A DNA stretch of 64,000 bases from Rhizomicrobium sp. Lineage in GTDB: Bacteria; Pseudomonadota; Alphaproteobacteria; Micropepsales; Micropepsaceae. Of this stretch, positions 39,196 to 49,265 are shown in pieces. The stretch covers positions 153,365 to 217,364 of the forward strand of contig JBBCIC010000009.1 in assembly GCA_037200865.1 (NCBI GenBank), written 5' to 3'. Numbering within the stretch: position 1 is the first letter of the stretch; each line of letters opens with the position of its first letter. The notes beneath the pieces are model-generated. The model saw nothing but the letters and a program-made list of their open reading frames with translations, ran no database searches and was not told the origin of the DNA. Made by a program: the position numbers and the translations under genes.

Positions 39196-40796
39196 GTCTT
39201 CTTCTCCCGCAGATGCTTCGGCCACACGCCATAGCGGCCGGCGGATATGATGCCGTTGGGATCGACCGCATCCTTCACCGCTTCGTGGAAGCGCAGCAGC
39301 GCGTGATTGTTGAAGCTGTAGGTCGCCATCACGTCGTCCTGGAAGGCCGGCGCGGTGCGGTATTCGCCATAGCCGGCATCGGCCAGAATCTTCACCATCT
39401 CGCGGAAGGCGGCGCGGGTGCGCTTGTTCTTTTCGGGTTCGTGCGTCACCGCCATCATCACCAGGATCACGAAGGTCCGCGCCCAGCAACCGATGGGCGG
39501 CGTCAGCACCGTGACCGGCAGCTCCAGCCGCTTGGCGGTCTTCTGGATCAGCTCATAGGCCGCGACGATGCCTTCGCCGGTGCGCGGCACGATCGGCGAG
39601 CAGGTGATGTGCCCCTCGGTCGGATCGGAATAGGGGCTGCGCGCCCCGATGGAGAAGATCGCCAGCGCCGGAATGCCGAACGGCGACTTGCTCAGCATGC
39701 CCTTCAACTCGTCGGCCTTCGGCGGCATGGCGATCACCTCGCCGCCGCTGAAACTGGCGCCCGGGATCGCGGCGGCGGCCTTCTTCTTTGTGTATTCCCA
39801 CTGGGCCTTCACCACTTCGGGCCCGCCGTAATAGGACACCGTGACGGTCCAGAACGGCGTGCCGGTCCGCGCCGCATAGGCTTCCTGCTCCGCCACACTG
39901 GCCTCGGCCGACGGCATGCCGGGTGGCTGCGGCACCGGGAAGCCGAGCGGCAGGAAGGGGCTGGCGAACACCGGCATGCCCTGCATCGCGACGGTGTTCT
40001 CGAGATAGTTGATGACGTCGACCAGCGCGTTGATGTCGGCTTTCTTCGGCACCCCGATCACGCCCGCGACATAGGCCTCCGGCGCGGGATAGAGCCAGAA
40101 CCCCATCTTGGTGACGGCCCCGAGGCTCGACTGCTTGAACAATCCGTCCACGAACGGTCCGTAGCCGTATTTGTTCTGCTGCCAGGTCTTGGCGCCGGGC
40201 AGGGCGCCCATCCCGGTGCGCAGCACCTCGCCGCTCGCCAGCACCACTTCCATGCCGCAATGGGCGTCGAAGTGATTGCGATACCAGGAATGGGTGTAGC
40301 CGCCACCGTAATCGAGCGCGTTGCCGATCACGCTGCCCCAGCCCGGATCGGGGCAGTCGATCCACAAATTGAGCTTCTTGTCCTGGATGTGGCGGTAGAG
40401 ATCGAAATAGGTGACGCCCGGCTCGACCAGCACATAGGCGTTGCGCTCGTCGATCTCCAGGATGCGGTTCATGCGCTTGAGGTCGAGCACGACGCTGCCG
40501 GACAGCACCGGCGCTGCGCCGCCATAGCCGAGATTCTTCCCGGTCGAAATCGGATAGATCGGGATGCGCTTTTCGTTGGCGATCCGCATCACCGCCTGCA
40601 CCTCCTCGGCGGTGAACGGCGCGACCGCGGCCGACGCGATCCGCTCATCGGCCTCGCTCCACAGGATGGAATAGGCGTCGCGATAGGGCTCCAGGTCCTC
40701 GTCGGAGGTGAACACCCAATCCTTGCCCACCACGGCCGTGAATCCCGCGAGCGCGTCGGCGAAGTCGGCGGCGCTCACGCCCGGCGGCGTTCTCAT
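39192..40796 (-). CDS. VAO/PCMH-family flavoprotein (PchF-like)
   Basis: STGKNLGYGG, EPGVTYFDL, CGMEVVLASGE, YGEYRT and DAVDPNGII motifs. Confidence 0.9.
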   Translation of the reverse strand: MRTPPGVSAADFADALAGFTAVVGKDWVFTSDEDLEPYRDAYSILWSEADERIASAAVAPFTAEEVQAVMRIANEKRIPIYPISTGKNLGYGGAAPVLSGSVVLDLKRMNRILEIDERNAYVLVEPGVTYFDLYRHIQDKKLNLWIDCPDPGWGSVIGNALDYGGGYTHSWYRNHFDAHCGMEVVLASGEVLRTGMGALPGAKTWQQNKYGYGPFVDGLFKQSSLGAVTKMGFWLYPAPEAYVAGVIGVPKKADINALVDVINYLENTVAMQGMPVFASPFLPLGFPVPQPPGMPSAEASVAEQEAYAARTGTPFWTVTVSYYGGPEVVKAQWEYTKKKAAAAIPGASFSGGEVIAMPPKADELKGMLSKSPFGIPALAIFSIGARSPYSDPTEGHITCSPIVPRTGEGIVAAYELIQKTAKRLELPVTVLTPPIGCWARTFVILVMMAVTHEPEKNKRTRAAFREMVKILADAGYGEYRTAPAFQDDVMATYSFNNHALLRFHEAVKDAVDPNGIISAGRYGVWPKHLREKKT

Positions 40797-41212
40797 GCGG
40801 CTGCTCCCGGCTTGGACGCGATCGCCCACGAGATCAACACGGGCGCGCCGCGATGTTCGCGCTTGAACGCCACGCGCAGGCCGCGATCCATCGCCAGCCT
40901 TTCGAGGCAGAAGAACGCGCCATAGGCCGTGAGCCCGGAGACCGTGACCTTCTCGCGGCGCCATAGAAGATCGAGTTCGTTATATACGACCGTCACGTCG
41001 CCATCGATCCATGCAATGCGCGCCGCTCCGGCCGCGAAGGCGCGGCTGGCCGCGAAGCGCGTATCGGCCACGATGATGGAAGACAAAAGCAAGGACGCAG
41101 CCTTGGCGACACCCGTTCCTACCGCGACGCCGCCGGCCACCGCGCCGGCCGCCGTCAGGAATTCGCGTCTGTCCCACCGAGTCCAGGTCGGTTCGGTGCC
41201 CGCGCTGCCCAC
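40793..41212 (-). CDS. Tat-signal accessory protein (PchX-like)
   Basis: DRREFL twin-arginine leader; overlaps the flavoprotein start; IAWIDGDVT..LDLLW..GLT..FCLE pattern. Confidence 0.65.
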   Translation of the reverse strand: MGSAGTEPTWTRWDRREFLTAAGAVAGGVAVGTGVAKAASLLLSSIIVADTRFAASRAFAAGAARIAWIDGDVTVVYNELDLLWRREKVTVSGLTAYGAFFCLERLAMDRGLRVAFKREHRGAPVLISWAIASKPGAAA

Positions 41213-41440
41213 GTTTTCCCTCCCGGTTCCTTGTTGTTTTGCAAAATAGTCGAGCGGGCGAAGCGTCCTGTCAACGATTGCAGGTTCTCGCGTGGTTGAC
41301 GTCCGATCACCACCGTCAGGGCTGCAATTGCGTGCTCAAAGAGAACGGCATCGGACGATACGCGACCGGCCCGCCGGGGATATTTCGACAGCGGTCCAAG
41401 AATATGAGAAGGTCGGTGAGGGGAAACGCACACGGAAACC

Positions 41441-42838
41441 GTGACCGACGCCGCGCCGATCATCGATACGCTTGCGCCGGGCGTGCCGCTCGCCGCGCCC
41501 CACCCGCCCACGTCCACGGCGGCGCAGGTCGCCTGGCTGCTGCTCGACGCGTCGCGCAGCCCCTATGTGGTGTTCGTCAATATCTTCGTATTTTCCGCCT
41601 ACTTCACGACCGTCGTGGTGCCCGATCCGGTCCGTGGCCAGATCCTGTGGAGCTACATCACGGTCGCGACCGCGATCGGGCTCGCGCTGGGCGCGCCGCT
41701 GCTCGGCGCCATCGCCGATGCCGGCGGCCGGCGCAAGCCCTGGATCGCCGGCTGCATCGTCGTCGGCATCCCCTGCATGAGCGCGCTGTGGTTCGCGACG
41801 CCCGGCATGACGCTCGGTATCGGCTGGGTGATCGCGGCCCTGGTCGTCTCGAACCTGGCGTTCGAATTCTCCGCCGTTTTTTGCAACGCGATGCTGACCT
41901 CGATTGCGCCGCCCGGCGGCATCGGGCGTCTGTCCGGCTTCGGTCTGGCGATGGGCAATCTCGTCGGCATCGTCCTGTTCTTGTTTTTCCTTTATGCCTG
42001 GCTGTGGAACCCGCATCCGTTGTTCGGGCTGAGCCTTTCCATGCACGAGCCGGAGCGTGCCGTCGGCTTCATCGCCGCCCTGTCGCTCGCGCTGTTCGGC
42101 CTTCCGGTGTTCTTCGCCGCGCCCGACACCGCGGGCACCCGCATCGGCGCGGTCGCCGCGATCCAGCGCGGCGCCCGTGCGCTCGGCCACACCATCATCA
42201 AGGTGCGCGAATACCGCAACATCGTGCTGTTCCTTCTGGCGCGCGTCGTCTTCAATGAAGGCTTCGTCGTGATGGTCATCTTCACCGGCGTGTTCGCGGC
42301 CGGCATCCTGCACTGGACGGCCGACATGGTGATCATGCAGGGCATCTTCAACAGCATCACCGCGCTGCTCGGGGCCCTGGTCGCCGGCTGGATGGACACG
42401 CGCTTCGGGTCCAAGCGCAGCACGATGGTGTTTCTTGGCCTCATCATGCTGCTGAACGTGGTTCTGTTGTCGCTGGCGCCCGGCCGGATGTTCTTCCTCG
42501 ACGTTTCGCATCTGGGCGGTCCGGGCGGCATGTATCCGACCTGGCCCGACGTCGTGTTCTTCGGCACCCAGTTGCTGGTCGCTTTTTCCGTCACCGGCGG
42601 CTTCACGACGTCGCGCGCCCTGATGGCGAAGCTGTCGCCGCCCGACATGATGAGCGAGTTCTTCGGTCTTTATGCGCTGTCCGGCACCGCGACGTCGTTC
42701 GTGGCGCCGCTCGCGATCGGCGTCATCACCGATGTCTTCCAGAGCCAGCGTGCCGGCGTCGCGGTGGGCATCGTGTTCCTCGTCGGCGGGCTCCTGATGA
42801 TGCTGCCGGTTCGCGAAGAGCGGATCGCCGCGTCCTGA
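41441..42838 (+). CDS. MFS transporter (UMF1/Atg22-like)
   Basis: FSAYF, LGAIAD.GRRK, SRALMAKL and EFFGLY motifs. Confidence 0.87.
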   Translation: MTDAAPIIDTLAPGVPLAAPHPPTSTAAQVAWLLLDASRSPYVVFVNIFVFSAYFTTVVVPDPVRGQILWSYITVATAIGLALGAPLLGAIADAGGRRKPWIAGCIVVGIPCMSALWFATPGMTLGIGWVIAALVVSNLAFEFSAVFCNAMLTSIAPPGGIGRLSGFGLAMGNLVGIVLFLFFLYAWLWNPHPLFGLSLSMHEPERAVGFIAALSLALFGLPVFFAAPDTAGTRIGAVAAIQRGARALGHTIIKVREYRNIVLFLLARVVFNEGFVVMVIFTGVFAAGILHWTADMVIMQGIFNSITALLGALVAGWMDTRFGSKRSTMVFLGLIMLLNVVLLSLAPGRMFFLDVSHLGGPGGMYPTWPDVVFFGTQLLVAFSVTGGFTTSRALMAKLSPPDMMSEFFGLYALSGTATSFVAPLAIGVITDVFQSQRAGVAVGIVFLVGGLLMMLPVREERIAAS

Positions 42839-42851
42839 GACCGCGATTTCC

Positions 42852-43238
42852 CTATTTGGGCTCTGCCTCGTATTCGGCAATTGCTTCCTTGGCGATGCGG
42901 AAGCTGTCGACCCCGGCGGGGATGCCGGCATAGCACCCGACCTGGAGGAAGATCTCGGCGATCTCCTTCTTGGTGACGCCGTTGCGCAGCGCCGCCTTGA
43001 CGTGGATCTTGAGCTCGTGCGGACGGTTGAGCACGCTGATCATCGCGAGATTGACGACGCTGCGGTCGCGCCGCGCCAGGCCCTCGCGGCCCCAGATATA
43101 GCCCCAGCAGGTCTCGGTCGTCATTTCCTGCAAGGGCATGCTGAACTCGTCGGCGGCGGCGAGCGCCTTCTCGACATATTCCTTGCCCAGCACTTCCTTG
43201 CGGATCTTCAGGCCCTTGTCGAACAGTTCCTTGATCAT
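42852..43238 (-). CDS. Carboxymuconolactone decarboxylase family protein
   Basis: GLKIRKEVLG, WGYIWGREGL..RDRS and YAGIPAG; ATGA overlap. Confidence 0.9.
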   Translation of the reverse strand: MIKELFDKGLKIRKEVLGKEYVEKALAAADEFSMPLQEMTTETCWGYIWGREGLARRDRSVVNLAMISVLNRPHELKIHVKAALRNGVTKKEIAEIFLQVGCYAGIPAGVDSFRIAKEAIAEYEAEPK

Positions 43239-44146
43239 GTCGGTGCTTCCTTCTTGGATGTGTCGGAGTCGAGACCGGCCCAGGATTCGAGAAGTCTGGC
43301 GGTATCGCTGACATCCGAATCCGGGCCGTAGGTGTTGAGGGTGATCGCCAGCATCTGCCGCACGACGCTGCCCACGACCATCGGCACCCCCATCGCCTCG
43401 GCCTCGTCGAGGCAGAGCCGCACGTCCTTGAACGACAGCGCGGTAGCGAAGCCGACATCGAAGGTCCGCGGCAGCACGGCCCGCGGCCACTTCTCCAGCG
43501 TGGCGCTGCTGCGCCCGCTCGATACGTTGAGTACGTCCATCATCGTCTTGGGGTCGAGGCCGGCCTTGAGGCCCATGGCGACGCCTTCGCTGGTGATCGC
43601 CATCGAGCATGCGGCCAGCAAATTGTTCACCAGCTTCATGGTCTGGCCGAGCCCCGGCTTCTCGCCCATGAAGAACAGCTTGCCGAAATTCCGCAGGATG
43701 CTCTCGGCGTTGTCATAGGCGGCGCGTGGCCCCGACACCATCACCGAAAGCGTGCCTTTCTCGGCGCCGGTGACGCCGCCGGAAACCGGCGCATCGAGCG
43801 CCGCGATGCCTTTCGCGGCCAATACATTGGCAACCGATGTCGCGACGCGTGGGCCGGTGGTCGACAGATCGACGAAGGTTTTGATCGCCTTGCCGTGGAT
43901 CGCGCCCGATGCGCCGATGGCGGCTTCCTGCACGATGGCGGGCGAGGGCAGGCTCGCGAGCACGATCTCGGCCGCGTCCGCAACGCCGGCCGGCGAACCC
44001 GCCTTGTCGGCGCCATGCGCGACCAGCGGCGCGACGGCGGCATCGCTGACGTCGAAGACCGTGAGCCGGTGTCCCGCGTCGAGCAGGCGGACGCACATGC
44101 GCGCTCCCATGCGTCCCAGACCGACAAAGCCGACATGTTCGCTCAT
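43235..44146 (-). CDS. NAD(P)-dependent beta-hydroxyacid dehydrogenase (3-hydroxyisobutyrate DH family)
   Basis: GLGRMG, DAPVSGG and KLVNN motifs. Confidence 0.9.
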   Translation of the reverse strand: MSEHVGFVGLGRMGARMCVRLLDAGHRLTVFDVSDAAVAPLVAHGADKAGSPAGVADAAEIVLASLPSPAIVQEAAIGASGAIHGKAIKTFVDLSTTGPRVATSVANVLAAKGIAALDAPVSGGVTGAEKGTLSVMVSGPRAAYDNAESILRNFGKLFFMGEKPGLGQTMKLVNNLLAACSMAITSEGVAMGLKAGLDPKTMMDVLNVSSGRSSATLEKWPRAVLPRTFDVGFATALSFKDVRLCLDEAEAMGVPMVVGSVVRQMLAITLNTYGPDSDVSDTARLLESWAGLDSDTSKKEAPT

Positions 44147-44149
44147 GCA

Positions 44150-44944
44150 TCAACCTTTCGGCTCGGCGTCGAGCCGGACAATCCCGGCGAGTCCGGTCTT
44201 CGACAGGGGATAGCGTTGCAGCACCAGCGGATCGTGTCCCGGCACGATATGCGCCTCCGAGCTCGCCAGCTTGCGGATGGTCGCGAATGCTTCGAGGTAG
44301 TCGTCGACGTCGACCACGATGGGGAAGGGGTGCATGCGCTCCATATTGGCATAGAGATGCGCCGCGTCCGATGCCAGCACGACCCAGCCGCGCGGTGTCT
44401 TCACACGCACGACCTGCAAGCCCTTGGTGTGGCCGCCGACCTTGTGCAGCGTGATCCCCGGCGCCAGCTCCGACACGCCGTCGTGGAACTGCACCCGTCC
44501 GTCGAACACGTTGTGGACCATCTGCGCCGCATGTTCGGCCTCGAAGGCGCCGCGCAGCGCCGCATGGCACATTGACCGCCCGGTGACGTAGCTCATCTCC
44601 GCATCCTGGATATGGAAGCGCGCCTTGGGAAACAGCGGCAGATTGCCGGCATGGTCGTAATGCATATGCGACAGGATCACGTCGCCGACCGTGGCCGGAT
44701 CGACCCCGATGGCCCTCAGGCCGTCGGCGACGGGCCGCACCATCTGCCGGCCGCGCTTCTTCGCCATGTCCGGCGCGAAGCCGGTGTCGAGCAGGAAGGT
44801 CCGGTCCGCGCCGACGATCGCCCAGACGAAATAGTCGAGCGGCATGTCGCCGTCGTCGTGGGGATCGCCGCCGATGAAATTCTCATGCGCCTTGCGGTCG
44901 TGGTGACCGTAATGGACGGCGTAGATTTCATACGTATCCGGCAT
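44150..44944 (-). CDS. Metallo-beta-lactamase fold hydrolase (AHL-lactonase-like)
   Basis: SHMHYDHAG, GHTKG, ASDAAH and PGHD motifs. Confidence 0.88.
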   Translation of the reverse strand: MPDTYEIYAVHYGHHDRKAHENFIGGDPHDDGDMPLDYFVWAIVGADRTFLLDTGFAPDMAKKRGRQMVRPVADGLRAIGVDPATVGDVILSHMHYDHAGNLPLFPKARFHIQDAEMSYVTGRSMCHAALRGAFEAEHAAQMVHNVFDGRVQFHDGVSELAPGITLHKVGGHTKGLQVVRVKTPRGWVVLASDAAHLYANMERMHPFPIVVDVDDYLEAFATIRKLASSEAHIVPGHDPLVLQRYPLSKTGLAGIVRLDAEPKG

Positions 44945-44949
44945 CGCGC

Positions 44950-46131
44950 TCAGGCCGCGTGCAGGCGCACGGGCACCTTGATGGGGCCGTGACCGATGGT
45001 TGTCATCCAGGGCTCGGGCTCGCCCGCCTTCTCGATCCGCGCTACCCGCTTGACGATCTCGCCGAGCAGCGCGTCGGCCTCCGCCTGTGCCAGTGCCTTG
45101 CCGACACACATATGGATGCCCTGGCCCCATCCCACCTGGCCGCGCAGGTCGCGCTTGAGGTCGTAACTCTCCGGCGCCTCCCATTTGCGCGGATCGCGGT
45201 TGGCCGCCGAGAACATCAAGCCGCAGCGCGTGCCCGCCGGGATCACATAATCTTCGATCTCGATATCCTGCTTGGCGATGCGCCCGGCCATGCGCGACGG
45301 CGAATCCCAGCGCAGCGCCTCATCGAAGGCGTTGCGCAGCAGCGAGGGATCGCCGCGCAGCAGCTTGTATTGCTCGGGGAATTGCGCAAAGGCGTTGATC
45401 GCGTTGGCCATGGTGATCACGGTCGTGTCGGCGCCGGCCGACAGGATCGTCAGCGTCAGCAGCTTGGCGTCCTGCTCGCTGATCTCGCGGCGATCCGCCG
45501 CCGCGTACATCTCGCCGCCCAGGCTGTCCGGCCTTATGTTTTCGCGGTTGCACGCCTGGTCGACCCATTCGAAGCTGTTGCCGGCCTGCGCCATCGCCGC
45601 CTCGAACAGATCGTTGGCCGGCCCCATCGTCGCCCACACCGCATTGCCGAACGGCGTCATCGCCTCGCGGCCCTCTTCCGGCAACCCCATCAGGTCGGGC
45701 AACACCTTGTGGACATAGCGCGCCGTCACGTCCTTCACCGCGTCGATCGCCGCGCCGGCTTCGACCATCAATCCGTCGACCAGGACCTCGGCCTCGCGCC
45801 GGAATGCGTCCTCCATCGCCTTCATCGCCTTGGGCGACAGCGCCCGCCCGATCACCGCGCGCACCTGGGTATGGCGCGGCGGATCGTCGGTCAAAAGGAT
45901 CTCCGGCCGCACCGAATTGGGATCGTGCCACGGGCGCGACGTGCTCGAAAACGCCTTCCAGTCCACCAGCCCCTTGGCGACATGCTCATGGCGCCCCAGC
46001 ATCACGATGTCCTCGCGCGCCAGACGCACGACCGGCGCCATCTCGCGGAGGCCGTCGTCGACCGCCCGCGCATTGCGCACGGACTCCGCGCTGAACATGT
46101 CGATGTCGGTGGAAGGAATGGCCTTGGCCAT
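44950..46131 (-). CDS. Cytochrome P450 (CYP199-like)
   Basis: DPPRHT, AGADTT I-helix, EALR, AANRDP and heme loop WGQGIHMCVG. Confidence 0.92.
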   Translation of the reverse strand: MAKAIPSTDIDMFSAESVRNARAVDDGLREMAPVVRLAREDIVMLGRHEHVAKGLVDWKAFSSTSRPWHDPNSVRPEILLTDDPPRHTQVRAVIGRALSPKAMKAMEDAFRREAEVLVDGLMVEAGAAIDAVKDVTARYVHKVLPDLMGLPEEGREAMTPFGNAVWATMGPANDLFEAAMAQAGNSFEWVDQACNRENIRPDSLGGEMYAAADRREISEQDAKLLTLTILSAGADTTVITMANAINAFAQFPEQYKLLRGDPSLLRNAFDEALRWDSPSRMAGRIAKQDIEIEDYVIPAGTRCGLMFSAANRDPRKWEAPESYDLKRDLRGQVGWGQGIHMCVGKALAQAEADALLGEIVKRVARIEKAGEPEPWMTTIGHGPIKVPVRLHAA

Positions 46132-46135
46132 GGCG

Positions 46136-46339
46136 CTATCTCCGGAACGGAAACGTCAGTAGGAACAGAAACAGCTTGAAATTCAGCAGGCCGAAGCCCT
46201 TGCGGAATTCCGCCGGCGAGAGTTTGGCCGTCATCGGCATCGCACCGAAAATCTTGCCCTTGATCACCAACAGGTTGCCGTCGCGCTCCAGCGCGCTGAC
46301 GTTCATGAGCTCCGATTTGTCGGCGGAGGTCAGCTTCAT
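46136..46339 (-). CDS. 67-aa hypothetical protein coupled to the flavoprotein
   Basis: MKLTSADKSELMNV...FPFRR; ATGA overlap with the upstream gene's stop; fills the operon gap exactly. Confidence 0.7.
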   Translation of the reverse strand: MKLTSADKSELMNVSALERDGNLLVIKGKIFGAMPMTAKLSPAEFRKGFGLLNFKLFLFLLTFPFRR

Positions 46340-47910
46340 TTCCGGACGCCGATCTTGTCGAAGTCGATCTTCAGGTCCTCGCACATCCGCATCGCCGCGG
46401 CGCGGCCGGCGCCGAACACGCCGCCGCCGGGATGCTGGAACGGCCCCACGAGATAAAGTCGGTCGCAGCCCGGCACCACGTTCATGCCAAGGTCGGGCGT
46501 CGGCCGGTGCGCGCCGGACTGATAGGTCGTCGACGCCACGCCATGCAGGTCGCCATGCTGGAAGCTCGCCGAGGTCCGCTCCATGTCCAGCGGGCTGTCG
46601 CACAGATAGGCGATGATGTTCTCCGGTCCGACATTGGAGATGTACTTGCCCATATGCGCCAGCATGCGCTCGGCATAGGGCTTCTTGGCCACGTCCCAGT
46701 CCGCGCCGTCGGCGCGGCTGTAGGGCACATAGTCCCAGACATGCATCGTCGCCTTGCCCGCCGGCGCCCGCGACGGATCGTGCATCGAGATCGAGCCCAG
46801 CCCGATCAGCGGCGGCTCGGTGAAGCCGCCATAGCGCAGATTGTCGAAGCTCTTGCGCAGCGCGTTGTAGGAATTGGGCAGAAGCTCGATCATCACCGCC
46901 TTGACGTGATCGCCGGCGCGGAATTTCAGCGGTTCGTTCAGCGCCGCGTGGATCGTGATGCAGCCCATCTCCGAGATCTGCGTCGCCTCGGCGTCGTGCA
47001 CCACCTGCGGATCGAGCCCCGACACCATCTTGCCCAACAGGTGCGGATGGATCGCGCCGATCACGCCGTCCTTGGCGGTGAATTCGCGGCCGTCCCGCGT
47101 CGCGACGCCGGTGGCGCGGCCGTTCTTGGTCGTGACGCGCGCGACATCGACCCCGGCCAGAACCTCGCCGCCGTTCGATTCGATCGAGGCGATCAACGCC
47201 TCGGTCAGCTTGCCAGAGCCGCCGAGCGGCACGCCGATGCCGTAAGCCTCCAGGAAGCCGACGAAGACGAAGGGCCCCATGCCGGTCGATTTCTCGTCCG
47301 GCGAGACCAGGTTCTCGCCCGCGATGCGGCCGAAATGCATGATGACCTTTTCGTTCTCGAACAGGCCGGTCAAAAGGTCGTGGCAGGAGAGCTGCATGAT
47401 GCGCCACATCTCGCGCCCTTCGCGGCTCTGGTCCATCAGCGCATAGCTCGCGCCCAGCGGCACCGGCGGCGAATAGAGCTGCGACTGGATCATCGGCAGG
47501 AAGGTCTGCGCCATGTCGGCGAAGCCGCGATAGGCCTCGGCATCCTTCTTGGAGAATTTGGCGATGTCGGCGACGGTGCGCTCGCGGTCGCGGTACATGC
47601 CCAGCGTCGTGCCGTCCTCGAACACGCTGATCATCGGCATTTCGGGAAACACATAGCGCAGGCCGAATTTCGACTTGAGGCCGAGGTCGTCGTTCTTCAG
47701 GAGCGGATTGCCCTGGATGAAGATGTGCGCCATCGAATGCTGGTCGTGCAAAAAGCCCGGCACCGTCAGCGCGCGCGTCACCACGCCGCCGCCGTGCCAG
47801 GCATTGCGCTCCAGCACCAGGACCTTCTTGCCCGCCTGCGCCATATAGGCCGCGGCCACCAGGCCGTTATGGCCCGAACCGATCGCTATGACGTCGTAAT
47901 TGCCGGCCAT
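46336..47910 (-). CDS. Phytoene desaturase-like FAD/NAD(P)-dependent oxidoreductase
   Basis: IGSGHNGLVAAAY, SPLDMER and HPGGGV.G motifs. Confidence 0.88.
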   Translation of the reverse strand: MAGNYDVIAIGSGHNGLVAAAYMAQAGKKVLVLERNAWHGGGVVTRALTVPGFLHDQHSMAHIFIQGNPLLKNDDLGLKSKFGLRYVFPEMPMISVFEDGTTLGMYRDRERTVADIAKFSKKDAEAYRGFADMAQTFLPMIQSQLYSPPVPLGASYALMDQSREGREMWRIMQLSCHDLLTGLFENEKVIMHFGRIAGENLVSPDEKSTGMGPFVFVGFLEAYGIGVPLGGSGKLTEALIASIESNGGEVLAGVDVARVTTKNGRATGVATRDGREFTAKDGVIGAIHPHLLGKMVSGLDPQVVHDAEATQISEMGCITIHAALNEPLKFRAGDHVKAVMIELLPNSYNALRKSFDNLRYGGFTEPPLIGLGSISMHDPSRAPAGKATMHVWDYVPYSRADGADWDVAKKPYAERMLAHMGKYISNVGPENIIAYLCDSPLDMERTSASFQHGDLHGVASTTYQSGAHRPTPDLGMNVVPGCDRLYLVGPFQHPGGGVFGAGRAAAMRMCEDLKIDFDKIGVRK

Positions 47911-47926
47911 CGCTTCGACTCCTGCC

Positions 47927-48340
47927 TCAGCTCGTGACGGATGCGATATAGGCCGTGTCCATGTATTCGCGGATTGCGAAGATCATGTCATCCTTGATCT
48001 CGACGATCCAGGCATAGCGGTTGTCGTAGCTGCGCCCGTTGCGGAACGTGCCGGTGCCGTGCGTCTCCACCGCCACGACGGCGCCCTTGCCGAACAGGTT
48101 CTCGATTGTGTTCTTGGGATCGCCCTCGACGAACAGCCCGCGCACCGGCGCCAGGAACTCGTCCACGATGCCCTTGCGGCCGCGGTGCACGCCAGCGCCG
48201 GGAATCCCGGTCTTCGCCATCGGCGTCCAGCTCGCATCGGGATGGAAGCAGACGCGTATCTTTTCGAGATCGCCGGTGTTCAGCACCTCTTCGAAGAAGC
48301 GGCGAACCAGTTTTTCGTTGTGGCTTTCCGTTTCGGCCAT
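47927..48340 (-). CDS. SnoaL/NTF2-like (ketosteroid isomerase-like) protein
   Basis: LVRRFFE, YDNRY and IREYMDT; GGGGAG SD before ATG at 48340. Confidence 0.85.
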   Translation of the reverse strand: MAETESHNEKLVRRFFEEVLNTGDLEKIRVCFHPDASWTPMAKTGIPGAGVHRGRKGIVDEFLAPVRGLFVEGDPKNTIENLFGKGAVVAVETHGTGTFRNGRSYDNRYAWIVEIKDDMIFAIREYMDTAYIASVTS

Positions 48341-48353
48341 CGCACTCTCCCCG

Positions 48354-49256
48354 TCAAATTGCTTTGGGCGCCGGCTTGGCGCTCTGTTCGTCATAGATCG
48401 GAACGTCGTAGAGGAACCGCGCCGACTTCGCGCGCGCCGGCGGGATCGGCTCGTCCGGCAGCGCCGCCAGCACCGCCTTCATCCGCGCTTCCAGCACGTT
48501 GCGGATTTCCCCATGCGTGATGATGTAGAGGTCGTTGCGCTTCACGCCTTGCATCACCTTGCGCCCGACTTCGTCGATCGACATGGCGCCGGCAAAGATT
48601 TCCTGCGAAACGGGGTCTCTTTCGTCCGTCTTCACGAGATGCGCGCCGCTGTCGCTCAGTTCCTTCGGCCGGACCGCCGGCGTGCTTTCGAACAGGTCGG
48701 ACGCGACCGGCCCCGGGCACAGGATCGAGACGCCGATGCCGTGCGGCGCGAGGTTCATTCGCAGGCACTCGCCGATCGCGGTCGTCGCGAATTTCGACGC
48801 GGTATAAGGCCCGACCGCGCCGCTCGCGAACAGCCCGTTGATCGAGGAGGTCAGCACGATGTGCCCGCCTTCGCCTTGCGCGATCAGGCGCGGCACGAAG
48901 GTCCGCACCGCGTTGACCGTGCCGCCCAAATTCACGCCTAAGCAGAAATCCCAATCGTCATAGGTCGCGTCCTGGGTCGGGCCGCCGATGAAGATGCCGG
49001 CATTGCTGCACAGGATATGGACCTTGCCGACCGCGTCCGCCGCGCGCGCGAAAGCGGCGCGGTCCGTCACATCGAGGCGCACGGCGCGCAGCCTGTCGCC
49101 GCCGCCCAGCGTCTGCACCGCCTTGCCGAGCGCTTCCTGCCGGATGTCGGCGATCACGACGCGCGCGCCGGCTTTCAGGAACTCCCGCGCCATCGCAAGC
49201 CCGATGCCGGCGGCGCCGCCGGTGATGAAGGCCGTCTTGTCCTTGAAGTCGTCCAT
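48354..49256 (-). CDS. Short-chain dehydrogenase/reductase
   Basis: TGGAAGIG, NAG and YTASK motifs. Confidence 0.92.
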   Translation of the reverse strand: MDDFKDKTAFITGGAAGIGLAMAREFLKAGARVVIADIRQEALGKAVQTLGGGDRLRAVRLDVTDRAAFARAADAVGKVHILCSNAGIFIGGPTQDATYDDWDFCLGVNLGGTVNAVRTFVPRLIAQGEGGHIVLTSSINGLFASGAVGPYTASKFATTAIGECLRMNLAPHGIGVSILCPGPVASDLFESTPAVRPKELSDSGAHLVKTDERDPVSQEIFAGAMSIDEVGRKVMQGVKRNDLYIITHGEIRNVLEARMKAVLAALPDEPIPPARAKSARFLYDVPIYDEQSAKPAPKAI

Positions 49257-49265
49257 GTCGTGTTC

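Noticed and set aside
7539-47407. Apparent N-terminal extensions or fusions in the ORF track (7539..9725, 13092..15962, 27320..30256, 46136..47407, also 4492..6039)
   Set aside because: The extensions overlap the upstream real gene in another frame. True starts coincide with ATGA-type overlaps or lie just after the upstream stop.
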